64,000 nucleotides of DNA from Candidatus Sulfobium sp. (lineage in GTDB: Bacteria; Nitrospirota; Thermodesulfovibrionia; Thermodesulfovibrionales; UBA6898): positions 1 through 64,000 of the forward strand of contig JARRRI010000003.1 in NCBI GenBank assembly GCA_037380845.1, in the 5' to 3' direction. Below the pieces are notes generated by a model. That model made no database searches, was not told where the DNA came from, and saw nothing but the letters and a program-made list of their open reading frames with translations. Each line of letters starts with the position of its first letter. Position 1 is the first letter of the stretch. A program made the position numbers and the translations under genes. This document shows positions 9,758 through 19,699 of the stretch, piece after piece.

Positions 9758-10077
9758 TTAATCCTCCTTGCAGAAAGAGATGCACCGCTCACATGGGGCC
9801 GGATCTCCGGGAGTCTATGAATGGGTTTTGCCTGACTGGTTCCAGTCTACCACAGTATTTTTTCAAGTCAAGACGCACCGCCGTGCCTCCGGCTCCGGAG
9901 TTCGTGCCTTGCTAACAGACAGGAATTCCGCCCCGATGAGTCGACTCGTTGACAGAAAGGGGGAAAGTTGATAAAAGGTAATTACCGGCCACAAGGTTGA
10001 AAGGGAGGGGCGCCGCGTCCGTTCTGAGAAGGCCCCCCCGTGACGAACTATCGAGACTAAAAAGGGGAAATATTTCA

Positions 10078-11052
10078 ATGGCCCCAAAAATTATTACGCT
10101 TGACCGTTTCCTTGTGCAGCAACAGAGCAGGCATCCCGGCACGACCGGCGAACTGGCAAGAGTTATCACGCAGATGGGCCTTGTCGGGAAAATTATCTCC
10201 GGCTATATGCGCCGGGCCGCCCTGGAAGGTCTGCTGGGCCTTACAGGCAGGGAAAACGTACAGGGCGAAGAAGTAAAGAAGCTCGATGAACTGGGCAATC
10301 AGGTCTTTGTCCGGGCATTCGGATATGTCGACATTGTAGGCGCCCTCGTATCGGAAGAACTGGAGAAGCCGGTCACCCTCTCCTCGCAGGACCACCCCGG
10401 GAAATATATCGTTTTGGTGGACCCCGTCGACGGTTCTTCCAATCTCGACGTCAACGGAACAATCGGTTCCATTTTCTCGGTAAGGGAGGTGACCGGCACG
10501 ATCGAAGAATCCATCCTCGGGAAAGGGGCGGAGCAGGTCGCCGCAGGGTATGTCATGTACGGCCCTTCAACCTATTTTGTCTACACAACCGGGGACGGCG
10601 TCAACAGCTTTGTTCTCGACGAACGCATAGGTGAATTCGTGCTTGACCGCGAAGGGCTGACAATGCCGGAACAGGGGCGGATATTCTGCGCAAATTTCGG
10701 CAATTACGACAAGTGGGCCGGCCGGGCGAAGGGGTTTATCGACGCCCTCATCAGAGAGAAGGGCCATTCAATGCGCTATACGGGCGCCCTGGTGGCAGAC
10801 CTCCACCAGATCCTGCAGAGGGGCGGCATTTACTTTTACCCTGAGGACGAAAAAAGACCTGAGGGCAAGTTGAGGCTGCTTTATGAGTGTGCTCCCGTGG
10901 CCATGATTGCCGAACAGGCCGGGGGGGCCGCCACGACCGGGAAGACCCGGGTCATGGACTTTCATCCCGAAAGCTTCCACCAGCGCGTCCCCTTTGCTGC
11001 CGGCAGCCGCCGCGAAGTGGAGCAATATGAGAAGGCCTGCAGGGGGGAGTAA
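10078..11052 (+). CDS. fbp: Fructose-1,6-bisphosphatase class 1
   Basis: NVQGEEVKKLD, SEE, DPVDGSSN, RYTGALVAD, GKLRLLYE; ATG after AGGGG. Confidence 0.96.
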   Translation: MAPKIITLDRFLVQQQSRHPGTTGELARVITQMGLVGKIISGYMRRAALEGLLGLTGRENVQGEEVKKLDELGNQVFVRAFGYVDIVGALVSEELEKPVTLSSQDHPGKYIVLVDPVDGSSNLDVNGTIGSIFSVREVTGTIEESILGKGAEQVAAGYVMYGPSTYFVYTTGDGVNSFVLDERIGEFVLDREGLTMPEQGRIFCANFGNYDKWAGRAKGFIDALIREKGHSMRYTGALVADLHQILQRGGIYFYPEDEKRPEGKLRLLYECAPVAMIAEQAGGAATTGKTRVMDFHPESFHQRVPFAAGSRREVEQYEKACRGE

Positions 11053-11184
11053 AGAGGCTCGTGCCCGGCCTCCTCTTTTACCGGATGAGAAACGGGAGTC
11101 CTCTCCGCTGACCCCATAGTTCAGTGTTGCCGGGAGAAACAAAGACTGCGTGCTTCCGGGTCTGCGAAAAGAGTAACGAACATC

Positions 11185-11270
11185 CTGCAGCAAGCTGCGA
11201 GGAATCCCGATCTCCCCTCGATGGAGGGAACGGAATATGAGAAACTCCCGAAGCAGTGCTTCGGGAAATT
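11185..11270. repeat. REP/REPIN-like element, copy 2, with a second hairpin
   Basis: CTGCAGCAAGCTGCGAGGAATC plus TCCCGAAGC-AGT-GCTTCGGGA (11246..11266). Confidence 0.65.
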
Positions 11271-11295
11271 CTTTTGATTGAGGAGGAAAACAATC

Positions 11296-12348
11296 ATGAT
11301 TGAAAAAATTCAAAGACTGCTCGGCGACGAATCGTCGTCTCTGCTGGAATATACCTGTAAGGGAATAGGCAAGGAAAATCTCCATCTTCCCGGTCCGGAT
11401 TTTATCGAGCGCGTCCTCCTTCCGACCGACCGCCATATCGCGACGCTGAGAAACCTCAGGTGGCTGTTCCACGCCGGAAGACTGGCGGGGACGGGTTATC
11501 TCTCGATCCTGCCGGTCGACCAGGGGATTGAGCATTCCGGCGCGTCCGCTTTTTCGCCCAACCCCGGGTATTTCGATCCGGAAAAGATAGTCGAGCTTGC
11601 GGTTGAGGGCGGATGCAACGCCGTCGCCTCCACGGTGGGGGTCCTGGGTGCGGTGGCAAGAAAATACGCGCACCGAATCCCCTTCATCGTAAAACTCAAC
11701 CATAACGAACTCCTCTCATATCCTAACTCCTATGACCAGGTGATCTTCTCGAGCGTCGAACGCGCTTTCGATATGGGGGCCGTGGGCGTGGGGGCCACGA
11801 TCTATTTCGGGTCGGAAGAGTCGAGGCGGCAGCTGGTTGAAATTGCGGGCATGTTCGAGAGGGCGCACGAACTCGGCATGTTCACGGTGCTGTGGTGCTA
11901 TCTCCGCAACCCGGCGTTCAAGACTGACAAGAATTATCAGGTCTCCGCCGACCTGACCGGCCAGGCGAACCATCTTGGCGTCACGATACAGGCCGACATC
12001 ATAAAACAGAAACAGCCGGAATGCAACGGCGGCTACAGGGCGATCGACTTCGGCAGGACTGATGAAAGGGTTTACACGGAACTGGCCGCCGACCATCCCA
12101 TAGAATGGACGCGGTGGCAGGTGGTCAACTGCTATATGGGCCGCGCCGGACTGATCAACTCGGGAGGAGCATCGGCGGGAAAAGACGACCTGGCCCAGGT
12201 AGTCCGGACCGCGGTAATCAACAAGCGGGCCGGGGGCATGGGACTCATAACCGGCAGGAAGTCTTTCCAGAAGCCGATGAAAGACGGCATCGAGCTGCTC
12301 CATACGGTCCAGGACGTGTATCTTTCCCGAGATGTAACGGTTGCCTGA
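11296..12348 (+). CDS. fbaB: Class I fructose-bisphosphate aldolase (DhnA type)
   Basis: [48 protein letters not shown]. Confidence 0.96.
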   Translation: MIEKIQRLLGDESSSLLEYTCKGIGKENLHLPGPDFIERVLLPTDRHIATLRNLRWLFHAGRLAGTGYLSILPVDQGIEHSGASAFSPNPGYFDPEKIVELAVEGGCNAVASTVGVLGAVARKYAHRIPFIVKLNHNELLSYPNSYDQVIFSSVERAFDMGAVGVGATIYFGSEESRRQLVEIAGMFERAHELGMFTVLWCYLRNPAFKTDKNYQVSADLTGQANHLGVTIQADIIKQKQPECNGGYRAIDFGRTDERVYTELAADHPIEWTRWQVVNCYMGRAGLINSGGASAGKDDLAQVVRTAVINKRAGGMGLITGRKSFQKPMKDGIELLHTVQDVYLSRDVTVA

Positions 12349-12369
12349 ATGTCAGGAGAGGAGGACGAT

Positions 12370-12690
12370 ATGCAGAAAAGATGGTTGATATGTGTCATGG
12401 CCTGTCTGTTCATAGGTATTCTGTCATCCTTCGCAGGGGCAGAAGACAACTCAGCGACCCGCATCCTGAATATAAGCATCGCCGGATACGGGAAGGTAAC
12501 CGGAAAAAATATAACGTGTTCGACCGCCTGCCGCATTACCCTGCCCGAAGGCACCACGGTGGAGCTTGCGGCCGTGCCCGCAACCGAATGGCATTTCGCG
12601 GGCTGGGGCGGTGCATGCGAAGGTAAAGAAGGCTGTACGGTACAAATGGACAAAAACAAGGCCGTGGAGGCGATCTTCACCTATCCGTAA
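12370..12690 (+). CDS. Small secreted protein with one divergent InlB B-repeat-like domain
   Basis: Signal peptide; G.GKVTG..ITCSTAC...GTTVELAAVP...FAGWGGAC.G...CTVQMD..K.VEAIF. Confidence 0.75.
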   Translation: MQKRWLICVMACLFIGILSSFAGAEDNSATRILNISIAGYGKVTGKNITCSTACRITLPEGTTVELAAVPATEWHFAGWGGACEGKEGCTVQMDKNKAVEAIFTYP

Positions 12691-12703
12691 AATCGACAAT
12701 GAC

Positions 12704-14590
12704 ATGACAAAACAGCACGAAGAAGAGGAAAAAAGGGGGGCAAGGCACCTGCTGATCCTCTCGCTTAGTGCCCTCGGTGTAGTTTACGGGGACATAGGGA
12801 CCAGCCCTCTTTATGCCTTCCGGGTCTGTTTCAGCGGCAACCATTCAATCGATCCGACGCGGTCCAATATACTCGGAGTCCTTTCTCTGATCTTCTGGTC
12901 TCTTATCCTGGTTGTCTCTTTGAAGTATCTGCTTGTGATCCTCCGCGCCGACAACCAGGGGGAAGGCGGCATCCTGGCCCTCATGCAGCTGGTGCTTCCC
13001 GATAAAGGCCGGAGTAAAATTCCCGTTTTGATCATGGGCCTCTTCGGTGCTGCCCTGCTTTACGGGGACGGGACAATTACGCCGGCTATCTCGGTCCTGA
13101 GCGCCATGGAAGGACTGGAAATAGCGACGCCGGTCTTCAAACCTTACGTCGTGGCCTTTACACTGGCCATTCTTTTCCTCCTCTTTCTTCTCCAGCACCG
13201 CGGGACCGGCAGCGTGGGCCTCCTCTTCGGACCCGTAATGATGCTCTGGTTTCTGGTACTGGCTGTGTCGGGAGGCACCAGCATCGTGCGAAATACTGCG
13301 GTCCTGGCGGCCTTGAATCCCTTGCATGCCGTATATTTTTTCCGGCACCAGGGTTTCGAAAGCCTCTATATACTGGGTGCCGTCTTTCTGGTGGTGACGG
13401 GCGGCGAGGCGCTCTATGCGGACATCGGCCACTTCGGAAGGCAACCGATAAGGCTGGCCTGGTTTATGGTGGTTCTGCCCAGTCTGCTGCTAAATTATTT
13501 CGGACAGGGAGCGCTCCTGCTGGAAGACCGCTCTGTTGCGGTGAACCCTTTCTATCACCTGACTCCCAGCATCGCTCTGTATCCCATGGTCGCACTGGCT
13601 ACCTGCGCCACAGTCATCGCCTCCCAGGCGATAATTTCGGGCGTCTTCTCCCTTACCTTCCAGGCGTTGCAGCTGGGATACCTGCCCCGTATGCAGATAC
13701 TGCACACTTCCGAAGAGGAACGGGGGCAGATATTCATCCCCCAGGTCAACTGGATGCTCTTTGCGGTCACCTCGGCCATCGTGGTCGGCTTCGGATCTTC
13801 GGAGAACATGGCAGCCGCTTACGGACTGGCCGTGTCCACCACAATGGCCATCACCACGTTTCTGGGCTATTTCGCCATGCGCCGCCTCTGGGAATGGCCG
13901 GTGCCGGGGGCATTGCTTGCAGTCGTCTTCTTTTCCACTATCGATGCGTCTTATCTGGGGGCCAATGCCCTGAAGATCATGAACGGCGGATGGCTCCCGC
14001 TCCTCCTGGCCGGCGTCGTCTACCTCTTCATGTCCACCTGGTTCACGGGCAGAGAGGTCGTCGCGAAGCAGATGAAGGAATACGTAAGACCACTAAAGAG
14101 TTATCTCGAAAATATCGATATGAGGACGGTGAAAAAAGTTCCGGGCACAGCGATATACCTGACGGACAGTCCGGTACTCACCCCACCGGCTTTCGTACAT
14201 AACATCCAGCACAACAAGATCCTCCACCGAAGAATCATGTTTCTATACATCGGCATAAAAAACAAACCTCATATCAGAGCGGAAGACAGAGTGAAGTTCG
14301 GAAAGCTGCCAGGGGGCGCTTACAGGGTCCTGGCAAGGTACGGGTTCATGGACAGGCCGGACGTGCGGGCAATCATCAGAATCATTCACAACAACCACAT
14401 CAAGATCAATATCGAGAATACTACCTTCTTCGTGGGGAGGGACACTCTCATACCTAGCCAGTCTGTCGGTATGAGCAAATGGCGCGACCGGGTCTATCTC
14501 GCCATGCGGCGGAATTCGGAAAGGGCCACAAAATACTTCAACATTCCCCCCGACCGGGCAATCGAAATCGGGGGACAGATAAAGTTTTAG
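12704..14590 (+). CDS. kup: KUP/HAK/KT potassium transporter
   Basis: GVVYGDIGTSPLYA, ADNQGEGG, YGDGTITPAISVLSA, TGGEALYADIGHFG. Confidence 0.97.
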   Translation: MTKQHEEEEKRGARHLLILSLSALGVVYGDIGTSPLYAFRVCFSGNHSIDPTRSNILGVLSLIFWSLILVVSLKYLLVILRADNQGEGGILALMQLVLPDKGRSKIPVLIMGLFGAALLYGDGTITPAISVLSAMEGLEIATPVFKPYVVAFTLAILFLLFLLQHRGTGSVGLLFGPVMMLWFLVLAVSGGTSIVRNTAVLAALNPLHAVYFFRHQGFESLYILGAVFLVVTGGEALYADIGHFGRQPIRLAWFMVVLPSLLLNYFGQGALLLEDRSVAVNPFYHLTPSIALYPMVALATCATVIASQAIISGVFSLTFQALQLGYLPRMQILHTSEEERGQIFIPQVNWMLFAVTSAIVVGFGSSENMAAAYGLAVSTTMAITTFLGYFAMRRLWEWPVPGALLAVVFFSTIDASYLGANALKIMNGGWLPLLLAGVVYLFMSTWFTGREVVAKQMKEYVRPLKSYLENIDMRTVKKVPGTAIYLTDSPVLTPPAFVHNIQHNKILHRRIMFLYIGIKNKPHIRAEDRVKFGKLPGGAYRVLARYGFMDRPDVRAIIRIIHNNHIKINIENTTFFVGRDTLIPSQSVGMSKWRDRVYLAMRRNSERATKYFNIPPDRAIEIGGQIKF

Positions 14591-14740
14591 GACTTCCGCA
14601 GCTTATGGTACCGGTCGCCGGCCATATACATGGGGGGGATTCCGTGCTACCCTGAATTAAGGACCGCTCGTCCGCATCACGAAAGATCCTCCGGCGGCGG
14701 AGTCACAGCGTTCGATATGATTGAGAAAAAAGGAGGCGAC

Positions 14741-14920
14741 ATGAGAAAGAAACAGGAAACTCTTTCTGCACCCGGCAACCCGGGGAAGAAGGACCCTAAA
14801 AGGAAAGAGCCAAAAAGGGGAAAACCCGAACCCCCGAAGACTCCAAAAGGACCTTCAAAAAAACCGACTCCCCCGACTGAGCCCAGCCGCCGCCGGCCGA
14901 GGCCGAACCTGCCGGGCTGA
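14741..14920 (+). CDS. Small Lys/Pro-rich basic peptide (59 aa)
   Basis: Strong AAGGAGG RBS 5 nt before ATG; low-complexity K/P/R sequence. Confidence 0.5.
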   Translation: MRKKQETLSAPGNPGKKDPKRKEPKRGKPEPPKTPKGPSKKPTPPTEPSRRRPRPNLPG

Positions 14921-14948
14921 AGCAGGAGAAGCGGAAGGACCGAGCCTA

Positions 14949-15599
14949 TTAAATGTTCCGGCTACACTCGCCTGTGCAGCCGCACGACTTGCCCCTCGCC
15001 TTGTCGAAAGCCTCGCGTCCTTCCCTGAATGCGAAAACGGCTATACCGATCGCGCCGAAGGAATCCAGGAGGCCGATTCCCGTAATCTCATAGCCGGCGC
15101 TGGCGATGAGAAGGACTACCGAAAGGTAAAGACATGTCCTCGTGCAGGCCGCATCGGCAAGCAGCGCCTGGGATTTGAAACGCCTGCCGACCTTCATCTT
15201 GTAATGTATAAGAGCCCACATGGTCAGGATTGAGACGGCCGCGACTATTATGCCCCACAAGGTGGTCCGGGGTTCGTGTCCCGTGTACAAATCCAGGGAA
15301 GCGGTAACCAGAAGGCCTGCAGTGAGAATATAAAAACTCGTTCCGGTCACTTTGAGAGCGGTCGTCTCGAAGGCATCCTGTCCCTCATTGCCGTACTCTT
15401 TCATCCGCTTTATCATATGCCATATCCCGATGCCCGAAATCACCTCCACGAAGGAATCGACGCCGAAGCCGAAGAGGGATACCGTACCGTCTTCAATACC
15501 GAAAAAGACCGAGACCATGCCTTCAAACAGGTTGTAAAAGATGGTTATGAGGGCCAGGACGGTCGCCCACCTGTAAAAAACGTACTTGTCTTTCTCCAT
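14949..15599 (-). CDS. Cation efflux (CDF-related) membrane protein
   Basis: YNLFEG, GFGVDSFVE and ADAACT motifs; Cys-rich tail SCGCTGECS. Confidence 0.8.
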   Translation of the reverse strand: MEKDKYVFYRWATVLALITIFYNLFEGMVSVFFGIEDGTVSLFGFGVDSFVEVISGIGIWHMIKRMKEYGNEGQDAFETTALKVTGTSFYILTAGLLVTASLDLYTGHEPRTTLWGIIVAAVSILTMWALIHYKMKVGRRFKSQALLADAACTRTCLYLSVVLLIASAGYEITGIGLLDSFGAIGIAVFAFREGREAFDKARGKSCGCTGECSRNI

Positions 15600-15712
15600 A
15601 TTCAGCAGCACCGGTTTTATCCTTTAATGATAACATTCTCGTGAATGGTCTGTTTATCGCATCACGCCGCAGTCTCTTTGCAGGTCAAAGGCGCCAGTCC
15701 GTTAGATCCAGG

Positions 15713-15741
15713 TTGACACCTTTTTCAGGGACTGGTATATA
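15713..15741 (+). promoter_or_regulatory. Sigma70-type promoter of the PilZ gene
   Basis: TTGACA-N17-TATATA with extended TG. Confidence 0.55.
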
Positions 15742-15783
15742 AGAAATAAGGAGTGTTTCAAATCTTCCTGGCAGGGGGGCTGA

Positions 15784-16089
15784 GTGAAAGGGATGGAGGG
15801 GCCGTTTCAATATCTGAATAACAGAAGGAGGCACGTTCGGGTTCCATACCCGTGCGAACTTGAATATTGTCTTGAATCGCCGCCTTCCGAAAAGATCAAG
15901 GCCTACACAATTAACATCAGTTCGGGAGGACTGTGCCTCTATCTTCCCTGCAAGTTGTCTGTGGGGCAGGAGATCACATTAGACAGCAATATCCGTCCTT
16001 TTCTTTGTGAAACCGCCAGAGTTTGCTGGATAAAGGAGACGGGTGACAACCATTATATGGCGGGGCTTGAGTTTCTGCCGGCTGAATAA
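15784..16089 (+). CDS. Stand-alone PilZ domain protein
   Basis: RxxxR (RRHVR) and NISSGG c-di-GMP motifs; RVCW..E.....AGLEF. Confidence 0.88.
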   Translation: MKGMEGPFQYLNNRRRHVRVPYPCELEYCLESPPSEKIKAYTINISSGGLCLYLPCKLSVGQEITLDSNIRPFLCETARVCWIKETGDNHYMAGLEFLPAE

Positions 16090-16156
16090 TTTCCCGGCAC
16101 CACATGGCAGGCGCCTTTTAAAAGGGCTGAAGCCTGTCTTCCCGGGAGTGTCTCAT

Positions 16157-16507
16157 CTATTTGTTAATGTCTTCACACTCCAGCCGCATTGTTTTGGACC
16201 TCAGCCTGGACATTTCGTGGGCCTCTTTTATTACGTCGATAGGGAGTGACAGCCTGTCTCCCTCCTCCTCCTTCACCATTTTATAAAAATCACATTTACT
16301 GCACGTCTCTATCATCTCTTCAAGAGTGGCCTCTGCTTCACCCTTGCACATGGTATGGGCGATCAACCAGCAGATCCTGCCGGCATTTTTCCCGCCGTTG
16401 ATCCCGTCCGAGCTTGTCATTTCCGGCACCGGACATTTCACCAGGTTTCCCCTGTACCTTCTCTCCCCCTGGCCGCACCTCTTGAATTCCCAGCAATTCT
16501 TTTTCAT
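16157..16507 (-). CDS. Two-CW domain Cys-rich protein
   Basis: NCWEFKRC...KCP...GINGGKNAGRICW...C...CSKCDFYKMVKEEEG; GGAGGAG RBS. Confidence 0.8.
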   Translation of the reverse strand: MKKNCWEFKRCGQGERRYRGNLVKCPVPEMTSSDGINGGKNAGRICWLIAHTMCKGEAEATLEEMIETCSKCDFYKMVKEEEGDRLSLPIDVIKEAHEMSRLRSKTMRLECEDINK

Positions 16508-16792
16508 ATCCTCTCCTCCCCCGAAGCCCCCGGAATCGGAGGCAAAGTCATAAATAGCGTCTTTTTATAAACTCTGTTTCGACACTAAATCATGTATTAA
16601 GCAAAATATTTTATCACATTCATGAACGCGCTCTCATCTCCCGAATGGGAGGTATCGTTATTTCAGGAAAACCTTCAGCTTGAAAACTCGCGAATTTTAC
16701 CGCCTCTGGCGGACCGGAGGCGACCAGGGTCGGAAGGACCCGGGAATCGGATAACATAAAATTTCGATCTTGAGACAGTTCCTGACGAGGTT

Positions 16793-17101
16793 CTAGTTTT
16801 GGAGTTGACGTTGTTGAGGGGAAAAACCGTAGAACACCCTGAAATGGCCGGGATTCGGCCTCGGGACGCGTGCCGTTGCGTCGCAGGCGATCCGGACGAA
16901 TTCGAGGACCTTCTGGCGTTCGTGGAGACTCAGGCCCAGTATGTCGGCACAATCAATAAAGCCGTCTCCGTTAAAAAATTCCATGCTTTCTCTTTTCCTG
17001 CCGGGCATCCAGATATCCTCAATAGCCTGGAGTATTATCAGCTCGGCCAGGTCTTTTGACAGATCCATCTGTGTCTTGTTCCTATTCGGCCGTTTTTCCA
17101 T
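16793..17101 (-). CDS. Hypothetical protein
   Basis: Overlaps the upstream gene; protein-like LAELIILQAIEDIW...EFFNGDGFIDCADILG. Confidence 0.6.
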   Translation of the reverse strand: MEKRPNRNKTQMDLSKDLAELIILQAIEDIWMPGRKRESMEFFNGDGFIDCADILGLSLHERQKVLEFVRIACDATARVPRPNPGHFRVFYGFSPQQRQLQN

Positions 17102-17474
17102 GGCATTCTTCGATCACTCTGCGTATCGATTGTACAACCCACCCGTAGCTCATCGGATCAACCAGGGAAAAATCCACGCCGAAATAAACGCTCCTTTCCT
17201 TGACCCGGTATCTTTCCGAAAGGATGACGACAGCGCCTTCGCCGTCAAACAGTGTGTCAAGCAGCTCGGACCTCTGTCTGAGTGCCCCGGCGTCGGAGAT
17301 CGCGGCCTTAGGATATCTGCTTTGTATTGATTCAATGGCGTCGAGCATGTCGCCTCCCTGTCCGATGCACTCGACGTCGGCAAATGCGGAAACGAGCGAG
17401 TAGATGTTCCTGTCCCTGATTTCAGACTCGGCGAAAATAAAAAAGACCTTCAAATGCTCCTCCTGAATTCTCAT
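17082..17474 (-). CDS. Hypothetical protein, possibly a degenerate receiver (REC)-like domain
   Basis: ATG overlaps the stop of the upstream gene (ATGA); 130 aa with PKAAISD, VVILS and GVDFSLVDP at REC-like positions. Confidence 0.55.
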   Translation of the reverse strand: MRIQEEHLKVFFIFAESEIRDRNIYSLVSAFADVECIGQGGDMLDAIESIQSRYPKAAISDAGALRQRSELLDTLFDGEGAVVILSERYRVKERSVYFGVDFSLVDPMSYGWVVQSIRRVIEECHGKTAE

Positions 17475-17677
17475 TTGCTCTGCAGTCCGTCTCGGGGAGC
17501 GGCAATTCCGGCTGAAGAGAGCATGTCTCTCCCATCCTGGCGCGAGAAATAGAGCGGGCATACCTTGTGCCGTCCTGTTTTGCAGTATTCTCTTATTTCG
17601 AAAGAACTGGGTACGTAGGGACGGGCGCCGATTTTGCAAAGCAACATATACCTTCCCGACAGAAAATTGCACCTCAT
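17471..17677 (-). CDS. Small Cys/His-rich protein
   Basis: AGGAG RBS; MRCNFL...C...YVPSSFEIREYC....H..CPLY. Confidence 0.65.
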   Translation of the reverse strand: MRCNFLSGRYMLLCKIGARPYVPSSFEIREYCKTGRHKVCPLYFSRQDGRDMLSSAGIAAPRDGLQSK

Positions 17678-17775
17678 TGAATCTCCTGCAAAGCCTGAGC
17701 ATTTTTTTCAACGGCAGTAATTTCCCGGCGCTCCACCGTATTTAATACAATAGCCTCTTCTGCCAGGGGAAGGAT

Positions 17776-17814
17776 ATCAGACAATAACCTATTTTCATGT
17801 AGGATTATTCCTAC
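17776..17814. promoter_or_regulatory. Tandem palindromic operator (NarL/LuxR-like)
   Basis: GTAGGA-TTAT-TCCTAC (17799..17814) beside the degenerate ATCAGACAATAACCTAT (17776..17792). Confidence 0.55.
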
Positions 17815-17846
17815 GATCCCTGATCGGTATTATTTCTCCCTGTCTG

Positions 17847-18398
17847 CTATTCCCCTGCCGTCCCGGGATAGGTTATTTTCCGGCCTTCAACCTTTGCCCA
17901 ACGGGTCAGGGCATGCTCCCTCCCGGAATTCATACCCATGATATGCGTTACGGCAACCCCGCGAATCAGAAGGGCGTCTCCTACCAGCGACCTGTGGCAC
18001 CTCCAGGGGACGGCTTCGGCGCACATGATGACCGTCTTCTGTTTTCCCGCCTCTTTCACCAGCTTACCGATGCTATCCTCGAACTCCTCCGTCTGCATAT
18101 AGTCGGCAAACCCCCTGAACGATGCATTTCTCCATGCCGTGTTCGGCGAGTCTTTTTGCGGGTGGCGCAGTCCGCCCAGGCCCTTCATATGGAGGTAACG
18201 GATTCCGGCGGCCCTCAGGCTCTCCCTCAGTTCATCCCCGTTGAACTGGGGATTATGCCGCGACTTCGGAATCGTCCGGATGTCCACCACCTGTTTTATC
18301 CCGAAGGCGCCGATAATTTCAATGAACTCTGCAATCGGTCTTGTGGAATGGCCGATCGTAAATATTGAGGTCTCTCGTTCGTCCGTATGTCCTTTCAT
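17847..18398 (-). CDS. DUF488 family protein
   Basis: IFTIGHSTR, VDIRTIPKSRHNPQF, FRGFADYM, MCAEAVPWRCHR. Confidence 0.92.
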   Translation of the reverse strand: MKGHTDERETSIFTIGHSTRPIAEFIEIIGAFGIKQVVDIRTIPKSRHNPQFNGDELRESLRAAGIRYLHMKGLGGLRHPQKDSPNTAWRNASFRGFADYMQTEEFEDSIGKLVKEAGKQKTVIMCAEAVPWRCHRSLVGDALLIRGVAVTHIMGMNSGREHALTRWAKVEGRKITYPGTAGE

Positions 18399-19012
18399 TT
18401 AAGGTACCCCCCCTGGCCTTCAGTTTTTCCGGGAGAGGATGGAGATAGACAAAGCCGGCATAGGGCTGCCACGGCGGGGTGATCTCCTTTATCTCCCGAT
18501 GGTGCGGGCTTTCAGCCGGCCCCATAGACTATCGCCGTTCCACGGCCGACCCGGTTGCCAGCCTCCGCCCGAGCGCCCAGGCGGCCAGTCCGAGGCTGAA
18601 GGGAGGAAAAGGTTTCCGGGTAAAAGACGTTTTCTCCATATTAGATACATATTAGCCCACTTTATTCACAAATTTTTCTGCACGGCGAAAGGACATAGTG
18701 TTTAAGCGGTTTTACTTGCCCGATATTCAGACGTTGTGTATCCTGAAATAAAGAGGGCAAGTTCCTCGGAGGTCGTAACGACCGAGAATGAGCGAAAATA
18801 CTGTGCCCTTTAGCGTCTGACACATTTCATGAATAATCCGGGTTAGCTGAAAGAAGATGGGACATGCAGAAGAAACCTTGATTCCGGCCTTCATACGGGC
18901 CCGCGGAATGCAAGTCCGGCTTGTTCGTGATATGCTCTATCTATATGGACCGGCAGGGACGGAGAAGCCGGCCCGCCCGATGACCTGAAGGTGGAAAAAA
19001 GGGGGAAAGCAT

Positions 19013-19687
19013 ATGACACTCTCTCAGGGCAAAGCGATCTTCATATGGGGCACCGTCATTTCCGCGGTCATTTTCCTCGGCCTCACATATGACTCAATCT
19101 CGAAGATGCCCAAAAGGACCCACGAAGAAAACCTGAGTGATCAGGTCGCGGACGGCAAGTGGACTTGGCAGCGGTATAACTGTAATGACTGTCACACCAT
19201 CCTCGGCATCGGCGGCTACTATGCCCCGGACCTCACAAAAGTCATGTCGAGGCGGGATCCTCAATGGATGAGCCGGTTTCTGAAGGACCCGCACAAGGTC
19301 TGGCCCGCCAAAAGAAGAATGCCGAACCTTCACCTGAAGGATGACGAGATCTCCGACCTTGTCGCCTTTTTCAGCTGGGTAAACGGCATAGACACCAATA
19401 ACTGGCCTCCGAAGCCGATAACGGTCGCAGCAGCCGTCGGCACAACGATGCCGGGTGAAGCTGTTTTCAAGGCCCAGGGATGTTCCTCCTGCCACAAACT
19501 GAACGGGATGGGTGGAGACATAGGCCCCGACCTCACGCATGTGGGAAGCAGGAGATCGGCCGAATGGATCAGGCAGCAACTGGAAAACCCCAAGTCCCAT
19601 TTCCCGGACTCGCCGATGCCAAGCTTCGCAAAGCTTTCTCCGAAGGAGATGAATAATCTCGTCGATTTTCTGTCGGGCCAGAAATAG
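19013..19687 (+). CDS. norC: Nitric oxide reductase cytochrome c subunit with an extra heme domain
   Basis: TM anchor, CNDCHTILGIGGYYAPDLT, RRMP; second domain CSSCH...GPDLT...SPMP. Confidence 0.9.
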   Translation: MTLSQGKAIFIWGTVISAVIFLGLTYDSISKMPKRTHEENLSDQVADGKWTWQRYNCNDCHTILGIGGYYAPDLTKVMSRRDPQWMSRFLKDPHKVWPAKRRMPNLHLKDDEISDLVAFFSWVNGIDTNNWPPKPITVAAAVGTTMPGEAVFKAQGCSSCHKLNGMGGDIGPDLTHVGSRRSAEWIRQQLENPKSHFPDSPMPSFAKLSPKEMNNLVDFLSGQK

Positions 19688-19699
19688 GAGGGCGAAAAA

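Noticed and set aside
7892..12348. Calvin-cycle cluster (tkt, fbp, fba)
   Set aside because: No RuBisCO or phosphoribulokinase in the window; pentose phosphate/gluconeogenesis is sufficient
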